A stretch of 64,000 nt of DNA from Myxococcales bacterium (GCA_016703425.1 JADJCA010000011.1:58050-122049), one strand, 5' to 3'. Counted from the first letter of the stretch, positions 37,761 to 47,265 are shown. The notes: a model not told the origin generated them from the sequence alone. Numbers and translations: made by a program.

Positions 37761-38791
37761 GAACAGGGTGGCTCTTCGCGTGCCTCGGCCTCGCGTCTTG
37801 CGCGGGCCTTTTGGGCATCAAATCCAGCGACCGAGAGCGCAGCTTCGAGCACCGCGCTCACCTCGTGCGCGGCGTGTCTTGCACGAGCTGCCACCTCGGG
37901 ATGGGCCAAGCTGGCGACACTGGGCCCCTCCATCTTCCGAGCAAGACGCGCTGCCTCGAGTGCCACACCGCTGCCCACGACCCTGGCGACTGCGCGAGCT
38001 GCCACGGGCGATCAAGCGCTCGGCAGGGGGCGGAGCTCGCCAAGCGGCATCTCGTCTTCGATCATCGCTCGCACATCGCGCGTCAGGACGGCCAGTGCGT
38101 GCGCTGCCACACGGAGGCCGGCAGCAAAGACGCGCCTTCGCTGCGGCCCGCCATGGCTGTTTGCTTGTCGTGCCACGCGCACAAGGATCAATGGAAGACT
38201 CGCGAGTGTGACGCGTGCCACGTTGATCTTCCGGCGGAGCTGGCGAAGCCGTCGAGCCACGTGGTGCACGAAGGAGACTTTCTTCGTGAGCACGGCGTGC
38301 GAGCTGCGAGCAGTCGCGATCTCTGCGCGACGTGCCACGCGGAGCCCTTCTGCGCCGCTTGCCACGGCACCACGGCGCCCACGCTGCCGCATCGCCTCGA
38401 CTTCGGGAAGACCACGAGCCCGTCCTTGCATCGCGCCGGCTTCCGTCTCAGGCACGCCGACGAAGCGCGCGCGAACCCGGGCCTCTGCACGACCTGCCAC
38501 AGCGACGAGCGCACGTGCAGCGACTGCCACGCAGCGAGGCGCGTGGGCGCAGCGCCCGGCATCCGAACACCACACCCGCCCGGGTGGGTCCGCGCTCGCG
38601 GTGGCGAACACGGGCGCGCCGCACGCATGGAGCCGGGCTCCTGCGCCGCGTGTCACGGCGGCGCCGGTGAAGCCCTGTGCGTTGGCTGTCACAAGGTCGG
38701 AGGCCCCGGTGGCAACCCGCACGGTCCGGGCTTCGGTAGTGCGCTCGACAAGGGGCGCGATCAACCGTGCCGGCAGTGTCACGCGCCATGA
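37757..38791 (+). CDS. multiheme c-type cytochrome lipoprotein, 13 CxxCH motifs
   Basis: Lipobox FACLGLASC. 13 canonical CxxCH in about 340 aa. Translationally coupled on both sides (ATGA). Confidence 0.8.
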   Translation: MRTGWLFACLGLASCAGLLGIKSSDRERSFEHRAHLVRGVSCTSCHLGMGQAGDTGPLHLPSKTRCLECHTAAHDPGDCASCHGRSSARQGAELAKRHLVFDHRSHIARQDGQCVRCHTEAGSKDAPSLRPAMAVCLSCHAHKDQWKTRECDACHVDLPAELAKPSSHVVHEGDFLREHGVRAASSRDLCATCHAEPFCAACHGTTAPTLPHRLDFGKTTSPSLHRAGFRLRHADEARANPGLCTTCHSDERTCSDCHAARRVGAAPGIRTPHPPGWVRARGGEHGRAARMEPGSCAACHGGAGEALCVGCHKVGGPGGNPHGPGFGSALDKGRDQPCRQCHAP

Positions 38792-40587
38792 AGAAATGGC
38801 GCGTTCTTTTGCTCGTGATCCTGGTCGCGGCGCTCGCTCTGGCGTTCGCGTCTTTTCGCACCGTCGTGGAGCGTCCCGCGCCCGTCACGCCGACTCAGTT
38901 CATCCCGCCCACCTGGTCCGAGGCACGCAAGTCTCCGATGCACGAGGCTCACGTCGGCAAGCGAAAGATCGCCTGCGCCGAGTGCCACGGCGCGGGCTCC
39001 GAAGCGGGCTCTGAAGCGCGCTTCGACGCGCCACCCGACCTGGCCGCTTGCGCGCGCAGCGACTGCCACGCGGAGGCGAGCGCCCGGGCCCACGTGGGGA
39101 GCACGTCGCAGAAGACCACGTGCCTGACGTGCCACAGTTTTGCGGCGACGCCGACGACAACGCCGTGCGTCGGATGCCACGAGAAGAAGCCGCTCGATGG
39201 CGGCGCCGCCGGAGTGGCGGCAAACCTCGCGCATCATGCGACGCCGGACGCGAAGTGTGGCGCTTGCCACAAGGTGCATGCGGCCGCCGACGCCGGTCGA
39301 CGAAAGAACGGCGACTGCTCGGGCTGCCACGCCGACGCCGGCGACGGCCATGGGGCCCAGGCGCGCAAAGAGCCTGACGCGTCGCTCGATCCGGCGACGT
39401 GCGCCAGTTGCCACGGACCCCACGAGGGGAAGGCCGCCGCAACGCAGCGCTGCGTCTCGTGCCACGCGCCGACCGAAGCGCGCGGTCCGGCGTCCGCGCG
39501 CCACGGGCTCGCGGGCCAGAACGCTCCCCGCGTGCTCGTCGCGAACATCGGGCCGCGGAGCCACGAAGCGTGCACGAGCTGCCATGCGCCGCACGACACG
39601 AAGCTCGAGCACATAAAGCCGTGCGCCGGCTGTCACGAGCGCCAACGCGGCGCGCTTCGCCCGGGCCACGACCAGTGCGTCGGCTGCCACAAACCCCACG
39701 AGAACGTCGATGCGGCGCGCGCGGCTTGCGCTTCCTGCCACACGGCGAAGGTCGCGCTCGCTGCGGCCCGCGTGCCCGAGCATGCACGCTGCGAGAGCTG
39801 CCACTCGCCCCACGCGGCGACGCCGGCGAAAGACGCGTGCCGCCGGTGCCACGAGCCCGTCTCCCATGGCGTCTCTCACGGCAAGGCAGGCGAGTGCGTC
39901 CAGTGTCACGTGCCTCACACGGCGCCGCCGAATCAAGGGGCGGCGCGCGCATCGGCCTGCGTCACTTGCCACAAGAACGTGCCGGCGGCGGCCCACGCCG
40001 CGAAGGCCACGTGCGTCGGATGCCACAAGCCGCATGGGTTTGGCGGTCTCCAGGCCTCCACCACGTTCTGCAGCAGCTGCCACCAAGAGGCGGCGAAGGC
40101 CGTGCGGACAGGCCATGGCGACTGCGCCAAGTGTCACGCGTCCGTTCACACACCGAAGCAGACGCAGCCGTGCGGCTCCTGCCACAAGGAGGAAGCGAAG
40201 ACTTCACCCAAGGGCCATCAGCGTTGCGAAAGCTGCCATGCCCCGCACCAAGGGAGCTCGCCAAAGGTTGCGAGTTGCACCGGTTGCCATCAAAAAAATG
40301 GCACCGGTCCCCACAAGAACCTCGCCAAAGGGTGCGCCACGTGTCACCGGCCTCACGGTCCGAAGGGCGTCGCGACGCCTCCCGCGTGCAAGACATGTCA
40401 CGTTCAATCGACGCTGCCCGGGCTTCACCAGAAGCCATCCCACGGCGCGTCATGCGAACGTTGCCACTCTTCGCACGAGGCGCCGCGAGCCGATCGAGCG
40501 TCGTGCACCGGCGGATGTCACACGGATCGTCGCGGGCACCAGCCCGATGCAAAGGTCTGCAACGGGTGCCACATCTTCAGCGATTGA
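38788..40587 (+). CDS. giant multiheme c-type cytochrome, about 27 heme-binding motifs (25 CxxCH, 1 Cx4CH, 1 Cx3CH) in about 600 aa, N-terminal signal/anchor
   Basis: Counted motifs directly in the translation (CAECH ... CNGCH). N-terminal hydrophobic segment (LLLVILVAALALAFASF). Confidence 0.8.
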   Translation: MKKWRVLLLVILVAALALAFASFRTVVERPAPVTPTQFIPPTWSEARKSPMHEAHVGKRKIACAECHGAGSEAGSEARFDAPPDLAACARSDCHAEASARAHVGSTSQKTTCLTCHSFAATPTTTPCVGCHEKKPLDGGAAGVAANLAHHATPDAKCGACHKVHAAADAGRRKNGDCSGCHADAGDGHGAQARKEPDASLDPATCASCHGPHEGKAAATQRCVSCHAPTEARGPASARHGLAGQNAPRVLVANIGPRSHEACTSCHAPHDTKLEHIKPCAGCHERQRGALRPGHDQCVGCHKPHENVDAARAACASCHTAKVALAAARVPEHARCESCHSPHAATPAKDACRRCHEPVSHGVSHGKAGECVQCHVPHTAPPNQGAARASACVTCHKNVPAAAHAAKATCVGCHKPHGFGGLQASTTFCSSCHQEAAKAVRTGHGDCAKCHASVHTPKQTQPCGSCHKEEAKTSPKGHQRCESCHAPHQGSSPKVASCTGCHQKNGTGPHKNLAKGCATCHRPHGPKGVATPPACKTCHVQSTLPGLHQKPSHGASCERCHSSHEAPRADRASCTGGCHTDRRGHQPDAKVCNGCHIFSD

Positions 40588-42112
40588 CGCGACCGTCGAC
40601 GTGGTTCTTCGCGCCCGCCGGCGTCAGCGAGAGCGTTCCGACAAAACCGCTCGTGAGGCCGCTGTGGCAAATGCTCCCTCCGCACTGGGTCGCCGCGGCG
40701 TGAGGAGGAGGCGGCGGCGTGGCGTGGCACGCGCCGCAGGCCCGGGCCGCCGGCCCGCTGTTCCACGCCGGCGTCTGAAGCGAACCGCCGACGCCCGTAT
40801 GGCAAGCGGTCTCGGAGCATGTCTTGGTCGCCGCGTCGTAGCGGGCGCGGGCGCCACCGGCGAGCGCCGGGCCTGCGAGGCGAACGACGGCACCGGCACC
40901 GACCGGATGTTTGCCGACGGGGATCACGTGGCACGTCGCGCACGCGACGGGCCGCGACGATGACGGCTTTGCGTGCGCGGTGTGAGCCCCCGTCGTGGGC
41001 CACGGATCGTCGCCGCTACCGTGGCAAGCGCCGCACTGCCCCGAGCCGTCGCCCAGGTCGATGCGGCCGTTCAAGTGTAGGCGAACAGGCTGCGTGAGCG
41101 AGGCGCCGTCGGCCGCCACTTCATGGTGACACTGTCGACAGGGTCCATCGTAGTGAGACGCGGGCGGCGAGCGATGGCAGTCGTTGCACCCCACGCTGGC
41201 CTCGCCCCATGCCGGCGTCTCGCGGTTGCCGCCCCGCGCGTGGCAACTTCCAGCGCAGCGCTTGGACGCTGGGTCGAAGGTGGCGCCACGGCCGGCGAGC
41301 GTCTCGTCGAGCCAAACTTCAACGTGACCGTCGCCGTGCGCGCCGGCCAACTCGAAGGTCGGCGGAACAGGATGACACGTCTTGCACGCGCGACCCTCCG
41401 CCTGCGTCGCCCCGGCATTGACATGCGCGCGATGCGAGTCGCGCGGCGTGCTCGGCGCCGCGCCGCATGAATTCTTCGGCGGGCTCGCGCGGTCGCCGTC
41501 GCCGTGGCACGTGCCGCAGGCGAGCGGTCCGCCCTCGCGCGAGTGGCATGAGGTGCACGCCGTCGCACCGGGCGCTGCGACGCGGCCCGGCGCCCCGCTC
41601 AGCGCTCCGCTGTTGGGGGCGCCTTGATGGCACTTGCCACACGCGTCGACATCCGCAGCGTCAAGCATCGGTCGGTAACGCGAGGCACGAAGGGTAGACG
41701 CATGCCCCTCCGGCAGCCTCGGATCGCCGTAGCGCGGCGAGTGCACGCCTCCCGCCGTCCCCGGTGCGCCTTCGTCGAGCCAGCGCGTGAGCAGCGCCCG
41801 CTCCTCGGCCGAGAGGAGCGCCGCGTGATCGGAGCGCGCGAGCGCATCGACGATGGCCGGCGGTTGGCCGGCGGTCGCCGATCGGCCCGCGGCAGTGCAG
41901 GACATAACGCTCACGTAAGAGTCAGCCTTCCATCCCGCCGCCGGTGCAGGGCCTGCGTGACACGGCGCGCATCGTGCGCCCAGAAGGGCGCCGACGCCGT
42001 CGCGATAGGAGACCACGGCCGGCCGTTCAACACGTTCGCTCGTGCACGCGGAACTGGCGCCCAGGGAAAACAAGAGCGATAAGGAGACCCTCTTGAGGCC
42101 CGGTCGAAACAC
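40577..42112 (-). CDS. multiheme c-type cytochrome, about 13 heme motifs (10 CxxCH, 1 Cx3CH, 2 Cx4CH), secreted
   Basis: Trimmed to GTG 42112 giving MFRPGLKRVSLSLLFSLGASSAC. Motifs CAPCH...CGGSICH. Convergent with the 27-heme gene (11-bp 3' overlap). Confidence 0.7.
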   Translation of the reverse strand: MFRPGLKRVSLSLLFSLGASSACTSERVERPAVVSYRDGVGALLGARCAPCHAGPAPAAGWKADSYVSVMSCTAAGRSATAGQPPAIVDALARSDHAALLSAEERALLTRWLDEGAPGTAGGVHSPRYGDPRLPEGHASTLRASRYRPMLDAADVDACGKCHQGAPNSGALSGAPGRVAAPGATACTSCHSREGGPLACGTCHGDGDRASPPKNSCGAAPSTPRDSHRAHVNAGATQAEGRACKTCHPVPPTFELAGAHGDGHVEVWLDETLAGRGATFDPASKRCAGSCHARGGNRETPAWGEASVGCNDCHRSPPASHYDGPCRQCHHEVAADGASLTQPVRLHLNGRIDLGDGSGQCGACHGSGDDPWPTTGAHTAHAKPSSSRPVACATCHVIPVGKHPVGAGAVVRLAGPALAGGARARYDAATKTCSETACHTGVGGSLQTPAWNSGPAARACGACHATPPPPPHAAATQCGGSICHSGLTSGFVGTLSLTPAGAKNHVDGRVNR

Positions 42113-42182
42113 ACCGCGAGGGTGCTCGGTGGGAACGACAAATGCAAGGCCCGGGCGGCGATTGATGAAAGGGAGCGCGGTT

Positions 42183-43508
42183 ATGATTCTGTCTCGATCA
42201 ACGGGGATCCTCTTTGCAGTTTCACTCGTGGGTCTGAGCGGCCTGGTGGGCTTCGCGTGCAGCGGAAACGACGGCAAGGACGGAGCTGCTGGCGCCCTCG
42301 GCGCTGCCGGCGTCGCGGGCCCGCAAGGACCGTCTGGCGCCCCGGGCGCCGTGGGCCCCGCCGGCGACGGCGGCGCCGGCGCAGTCCTCTCCGGTGCCTG
42401 CACGACGCCGTGCCACACCTTCAACGGCGTGGTCGATCAGTGGCGCTTCAGCAATCACTCGCACCCGCAGGAGAACGAGATCGGCGGCGGGGTCTGCGGC
42501 AACTGCCACGGCGTCGATGGCATCGAGCAGCGCGTGGGGGGCAACTACGTGCTCAGCGCGGACGCCGGTGCGCTCCCCACCAACGTCGCGCAAGGTCACA
42601 TCAACTACAAGACCGTGTCCGGGTCCTCGACGGAGATCACGTACGCGGGCGCATCGACCATCGGTCGCATCCACTGCGCGACGTGCCACGAGTTCAACTC
42701 AACGACCGATCCGCACGTGACGGGCAAATACACGGAGCGACAGGCGCCCATTCGTGTCGCCGGTGGCGCCAACGACGTGGCCTACATCGAAAAGACGCTC
42801 GCCGACGCGGGCGGCGCTGTCGTGGGTCAGTCGGTCGGATACAAGACCGCGAACGTCTGCATCTTCTGCCACAAGTCCCGCAAGGACATCTCGGTCTACA
42901 TCACCGCCAACAACAACCTGTCGCGCAACTGGGGACCGCACGAAGGTCCGCAAGCCGACATCTTCACGGGCAAGGGCGGCTACGAGTTCGCGGGCAAGAG
43001 CTACGGCACGGCCGTCCACACCACCATCGCGAACGGCTGCGTCGACTGCCACATGCAGGCGGTGGCCGGCAACAGCAACGTGCCGGACCACACGATGAAG
43101 CCCAAGGTGGCCTACTGCAAGACGTGCCACACGACGTACACCGGCACGGACTTCAACATCGATTCGGGCCGGACCATCGTGAAGGGGCTTCTCACGGAGC
43201 TTCAGCAACTCCTCGACGAGCGCGGCTTGCTCACGCGCACGCCCGCAGCGCCGTACCAAAACCTCACGGACGAGGAGAAGGCCGACGGGCAGTTCCACCT
43301 CGACAAAGCGAGGAAGCCGGCCGGCACCGTCGACGCGGATTTGGCGGGTGCACTCTACAACTACCTGCTCGCGGCGCGCGGCAAGGACCTCGGTGTCCAC
43401 AACCCGCGCTACACCAAGCAGTTGCTCTTCGACTCGATCGTGAAGCTCGGAACGCCGGGCGACGGCGGAACGTACACGCCGAAGACGCTCACCATCCGGC
43501 CGAACTGA
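42183..43508 (+). CDS. lipoprotein with collagen-like (Gly-X-Y)12 repeat fused to a hexaheme c-type cytochrome domain
   Basis: Lipobox LVGFAC. GKD-GAA-GAL-GAA-GVA-GPQ-GPS-GAP-GAV-GPA-GDG-GAG triplets. CTTPCH (Cx3CH) plus CGNCH, CATCH, CIFCH, CVDCH, CKTCH. AAAGGGAG RBS before ATG 42183 (ATG 42165 is an alternative). Confidence 0.75.
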   Translation: MILSRSTGILFAVSLVGLSGLVGFACSGNDGKDGAAGALGAAGVAGPQGPSGAPGAVGPAGDGGAGAVLSGACTTPCHTFNGVVDQWRFSNHSHPQENEIGGGVCGNCHGVDGIEQRVGGNYVLSADAGALPTNVAQGHINYKTVSGSSTEITYAGASTIGRIHCATCHEFNSTTDPHVTGKYTERQAPIRVAGGANDVAYIEKTLADAGGAVVGQSVGYKTANVCIFCHKSRKDISVYITANNNLSRNWGPHEGPQADIFTGKGGYEFAGKSYGTAVHTTIANGCVDCHMQAVAGNSNVPDHTMKPKVAYCKTCHTTYTGTDFNIDSGRTIVKGLLTELQQLLDERGLLTRTPAAPYQNLTDEEKADGQFHLDKARKPAGTVDADLAGALYNYLLAARGKDLGVHNPRYTKQLLFDSIVKLGTPGDGGTYTPKTLTIRPN

Positions 43509-43631
43509 GAGCGGCGTGACCGGCGGCCCGTGACCGGGACCGTGACCTCGCCGCGACGGCCGTTCGATCTGCGTGATTTCGAGGAGTTAGGGGCCGCTAT
43601 GTGTCGGCGCAGCGCTTGCTGACTCGAGCGC

Positions 43632-45404
43632 ATGCTCCGAACGTCAGCGGTCCCCTTCGTTCTCCTCGCGCATCTCGTTACCGCTTGCAGCACCGACATC
43701 CCGACTGACGCCGCCGCCGCGGGCGACGCGGACGAGGGTCCCGGCGGCGCCGTCGCGGTCGGCGACGTCGCGCCCCGGCCCATTGCGCCGCCGGAGGAAT
43801 CGCCGGTGGCCTGCGGCGGTGTGGACTGCACGAAGCTGCCTCACGTCGACCCGTCACGGGTCACCTGCCAACAAGGCCAGTGTCAGGTGGCAAGGGCCTG
43901 CGCTCCAGGCTGGGGCCACTGTGGCAACGATCCGACAACCGGCTGCGAGACCGACCTCACGGCGACCGCCAGCTGCGGCGCTTGCTCAGTCCAGTGCGGT
44001 GGCCCGACCCCTCTGTGCGTGCCCGAGGAGGGCGGCGCGGCGCGCTGCGTCTCCTCCTGCGAGGGCACCCGAACGCCCACGGCCTGCGGCAACACGTGCG
44101 TGGACACCCAGAACGACCCCCTTCACTGCGGGGGGTGCGCGCCCTGCGGCGTTACCCTGAACGGTTCGGCCACTTGCAGTGGAGGCCTCTGTGGGCTTGC
44201 TTGCAATCCCGGGTTTCACCGCTGCGGGTCGACCTGTCGCGAAGACACGAGCGTCACCGCCTGTGGCCCTTCGTGCGCGACCTGCGCCGCGCCGCCACAC
44301 AACGGTGTCGCCGCGTGTGTTGCGGGAGCGTGCACCGTCGCTTGCGACGCCGGCTTCTACGCCGATGGCGGCACGTGCAAGCCGACTTACACGGTGAGCG
44401 GCGCTGCCGCCAACGTCGTCGCCTTCGACGTCGACAGCGCGGGCGGTATGCTCGCCGTCGCGCGCGGCACGGGAGAGCTGCGCTTCCAATGCTTCAGCCC
44501 CAACGGCATCCCGATGGGACCCGACCAACAGCTGACCTCGTTCGATGCAGCAACGACGGCGCCCGGGCGGGTGATGGTGGCGCGCTCCCGGGTCACCAAG
44601 CAGTCGCTTGTGCTCTGGCACGTCAGCGGACCGTCGGCCCACGAGGCGCATTACGCGTACGTGAGTGCGTCATGTCAGATTCAGAAGTCCGCGCCCCTCG
44701 CCACGACCGGCGGCAACATCTACCTCCAAGGTGTGGCCATCGACGATCAAGGCTTAGGCGCCGCCCTCTTGAACCTCGCGGGGCCCAAGGTCCGAGAGTT
44801 GGTTCAGTTCGACAAGAGCGGTGCCCCCCTCTCGGTCAACGACTTCGAAGCGTTCGGCGCCTACGACAGCCACTTGGCCATGCGACGCACGACCGGCGAG
44901 ACGATCATCGTAACGTCCACCTACGTGGCGCCGAAGTTTGAGCGTCACTACCGCCGCTTCAGCGGCGCCGGCGCCGCCATCGACCCGGAGTTCATCGCGA
45001 TCAACGGCCTCCTCGGCTCCGGTAGCTACGTGCGCGTCGGCATGGACGACGACGGTGCCTTCGTCGTCCTCGGCGAGATGACACGAATCCCCAACGCATG
45101 GGGGGCGACGTTCCACAACGCGACGGGCGCCGTCGTCGCCACGCTACCGGCCGCTGGCATGGCGGGCTATGCCGACACATTCGTGCCCGTGACGAGCAGC
45201 GGCGACTTCGTTTGGCCCATTCGTACCGCCATCACTTCGGCGCGCGAGCGCCGTTCCCCGGCGGGAGTCTTGGCCGGCGCGTCACCGTGGGGGTCGCCCT
45301 ACGCCAACACGCTCGAGCTGCGCCTCGATGCGAACGACTCGACGTACATGATCCTCAGCGGTGGCACTGGACGCACCGTCAAGAAGGACCCCTTCGCGCT
45401 CTGA
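43632..45404 (+). CDS. Cys-rich repeat lipoprotein (myxobacterial cysteine-rich repeat-like N-terminus, beta-propeller-like C-terminus)
   Basis: Lipobox LVTAC. About 200 aa with regularly spaced Cys (CGxC/CxxC... repeats about 35-40 aa apart). High GC3. Confidence 0.65.
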   Translation: MLRTSAVPFVLLAHLVTACSTDIPTDAAAAGDADEGPGGAVAVGDVAPRPIAPPEESPVACGGVDCTKLPHVDPSRVTCQQGQCQVARACAPGWGHCGNDPTTGCETDLTATASCGACSVQCGGPTPLCVPEEGGAARCVSSCEGTRTPTACGNTCVDTQNDPLHCGGCAPCGVTLNGSATCSGGLCGLACNPGFHRCGSTCREDTSVTACGPSCATCAAPPHNGVAACVAGACTVACDAGFYADGGTCKPTYTVSGAAANVVAFDVDSAGGMLAVARGTGELRFQCFSPNGIPMGPDQQLTSFDAATTAPGRVMVARSRVTKQSLVLWHVSGPSAHEAHYAYVSASCQIQKSAPLATTGGNIYLQGVAIDDQGLGAALLNLAGPKVRELVQFDKSGAPLSVNDFEAFGAYDSHLAMRRTTGETIIVTSTYVAPKFERHYRRFSGAGAAIDPEFIAINGLLGSGSYVRVGMDDDGAFVVLGEMTRIPNAWGATFHNATGAVVATLPAAGMAGYADTFVPVTSSGDFVWPIRTAITSARERRSPAGVLAGASPWGSPYANTLELRLDANDSTYMILSGGTGRTVKKDPFAL

Positions 45405-45443
45405 GCACGCTGAAAGGCTCTCCGCCGCAGACCCCAGCTCTGC

Positions 45444-46409
45444 CTACTTCACCTTAAACTTCTTGCAAGCTGCATCGAACACGCCGAGCGCGTTTTCGAG
45501 CGGCTTGACGAGGTCGCCGAGGCAGATGTTCCCAAGGACAGCGTTCTGGCCTGTCTTCGCGACGAAGTCCTTGAGGCGCGTGGCCTCCCCGGCCTGCCCA
45601 AAGCCCGATGAACAGTTCGTCGGGCCGGCGATGACGGCCGCAGCCCAGCGCTCGCGGCCGCCCTTCACCGCGTCGAGGGCGCTCACGTAATCGTCGACCG
45701 CTGCGTAACCCGGCGTGCCGGGCGGGCACGTGTCGTCTTTGATCGTGAAGTCGTTGTCGGTTCGCGAGCAGTCATCTTCATCGGTCAGGATCATGACGCC
45801 GAGCAGCGCGTCGTCGCGCAAGAAGCCCGCGTTGGCGCTGTCTCCCATGCGCGTCGTTACAGCGAGCCGAAGCGACTCGAGGGGCATCTCGAGCGCCGGC
45901 CCGCCGGCCCCGACGTTGGCGACGCAAGAGAAGTTCGATGACAGATCGGGCTCCCCGCGCTCGAGCCACGTGTGGCTCATCGAACAAGCGCGACGGAAGC
46001 GGCCGTCGTCGCCTTTGTCGTTCACATCGAGCGTCGGCAAGGGAGGCATGCCGGGCAGCTCGGGGGTCATCTTGTAGCGCGCGCTCCGGCCCGTGGTGGT
46101 GACGGCGATGCGGTAGTCGAGCTGGGCGCCCGACGCCGTCGTGTATTGGTCGAGGCGTTGCGTCAGGACGGCGAAGTTGGCGGCGAGGTTCGCCTGCTCC
46201 TCCTTCATGGACCCGGAGTTGTCGACGACGAGGAGGATGTCCATCTTGGAGCACGCGTCGTCGGGTAAGACGGAAGCGCTCGGCGAAACGACGACGGGCG
46301 CCGCTCCTCCGGCGTCAGGGGAGGCCGGGAGTGCGTCGCGCTGGTCGGCGCCGCAGGCGAATGCGAAGGCCGCGAGGAGCGGAGCCGCGAGGGCAGGACT
46401 TCGAGACAT
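45444..46409 (-). CDS. von Willebrand factor A (VWA) domain lipoprotein
   Basis: Trimmed to ATG 46409 (signal peptide plus AFAFAC lipobox). MIDAS motif ILLVVDNSGSM. Confidence 0.7.
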   Translation of the reverse strand: MSRSPALAAPLLAAFAFACGADQRDALPASPDAGGAAPVVVSPSASVLPDDACSKMDILLVVDNSGSMKEEQANLAANFAVLTQRLDQYTTASGAQLDYRIAVTTTGRSARYKMTPELPGMPPLPTLDVNDKGDDGRFRRACSMSHTWLERGEPDLSSNFSCVANVGAGGPALEMPLESLRLAVTTRMGDSANAGFLRDDALLGVMILTDEDDCSRTDNDFTIKDDTCPPGTPGYAAVDDYVSALDAVKGGRERWAAAVIAGPTNCSSGFGQAGEATRLKDFVAKTGQNAVLGNICLGDLVKPLENALGVFDAACKKFKVK

Positions 46410-46521
46410 GGTGGGCGCGGCGTAGCAAAGGCCCCGGCAGACGCCAACGGACCATTGGGTCTCACGCCGCGCTTGGGAGGAGACACGCCGCAAAGTGGCG
46501 TAAAACCCGCGCCAGTTGCCG

Positions 46522-47265
46522 CTAGCGCGGGGCCACCGGCGGCGGCTTGCTCGACGTCTGGCGTCGCTCCGCGCGCGAGCGCGGATGCCGGATGTCCTTG
46601 CCGCGCGCCATGAAGACCACGAGCTCGGCGAGGTTGGTCGTGTGGTCGGCGATCCGCTCCAGGTATTTGGCGATCGATTGGGCCCGCGTGCATCGGTAGA
46701 TGTTGCGCGGGTTCTCCATCATGTAGGTCAATAGCTCGCGGAAAATCTGGGCGTAATAGGCATCGACCGTCGAGTCCCGTTCGATGACCTCTTGGGCCCG
46801 GTCGGCGTCGCCCTCCACGAACGCGTCGAGCGCCTCGCGAAGCATGGCCTGCGTGGCCTCCGCCATGTCGGAGAGGTTCGTGTACGGCTGGAGCGGCGGC
46901 TCTTCGTTGAGCTCGCGGACGCGTTCGCAGATGTTGACCGTCGAGTCGCCGATGCGTTCGATGTCGGTCGTGAGCTTGAGCGCCGTGGTGATGAAGCGGA
47001 GGTCTGACGCGACCGGCTGGCGACGCGCGAGGATGCGAAGGCATCGCTCGTCGATCTCCACCTCGAGCCGATTGATCTCTCGATCGCGCTCCATCGTTCG
47101 TTCGGCGAGCTCGCTGTCGCGATCAATGAGGGCCTTCATGGCCGAGACCAACATCTCTTCGACCTTGGAGCCCATGAGGATGAGGCGCTCTCGAAGGGTT
47201 CGGAGCTCGGCTTCGTATTGGAGGTCGGTATGGCTCTTCACGACGTGGTCCTCATCATCACCCAA
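46522..47265 (-). CDS. phoU: phosphate signalling complex protein PhoU
   Basis: Two PhoU repeats (..[20 protein letters not shown].. and ..[17 protein letters not shown]..). Directly downstream of pstB. Confidence 0.85.
   Translation of the reverse strand: MGDDEDHVVKSHTDLQYEAELRTLRERLILMGSKVEEMLVSAMKALIDRDSELAERTMERDREINRLEVEIDERCLRILARRQPVASDLRFITTALKLTTDIERIGDSTVNICERVRELNEEPPLQPYTNLSDMAEATQAMLREALDAFVEGDADRAQEVIERDSTVDAYYAQIFRELLTYMMENPRNIYRCTRAQSIAKYLERIADHTTNLAELVVFMARGKDIRHPRSRAERRQTSSKPPPVAPR

Noticed and set aside
38779-40963. Several long ORFs (38779-40185 minus, 39399-40703 plus, 39710-40963 plus) overlapping the 27-heme cytochrome gene
   Set aside because: Alternative frames of the same GC-rich DNA. 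Only the 38788-40587 frame yields the regular CxxCH lattice and high GC3.
42122-43519. 465-aa ORF in an alternative frame of the collagen-like hexaheme gene
   Set aside because: Arg-rich junk translation. The 42183 frame has a lipobox, Gly-X-Y repeats and heme motifs.
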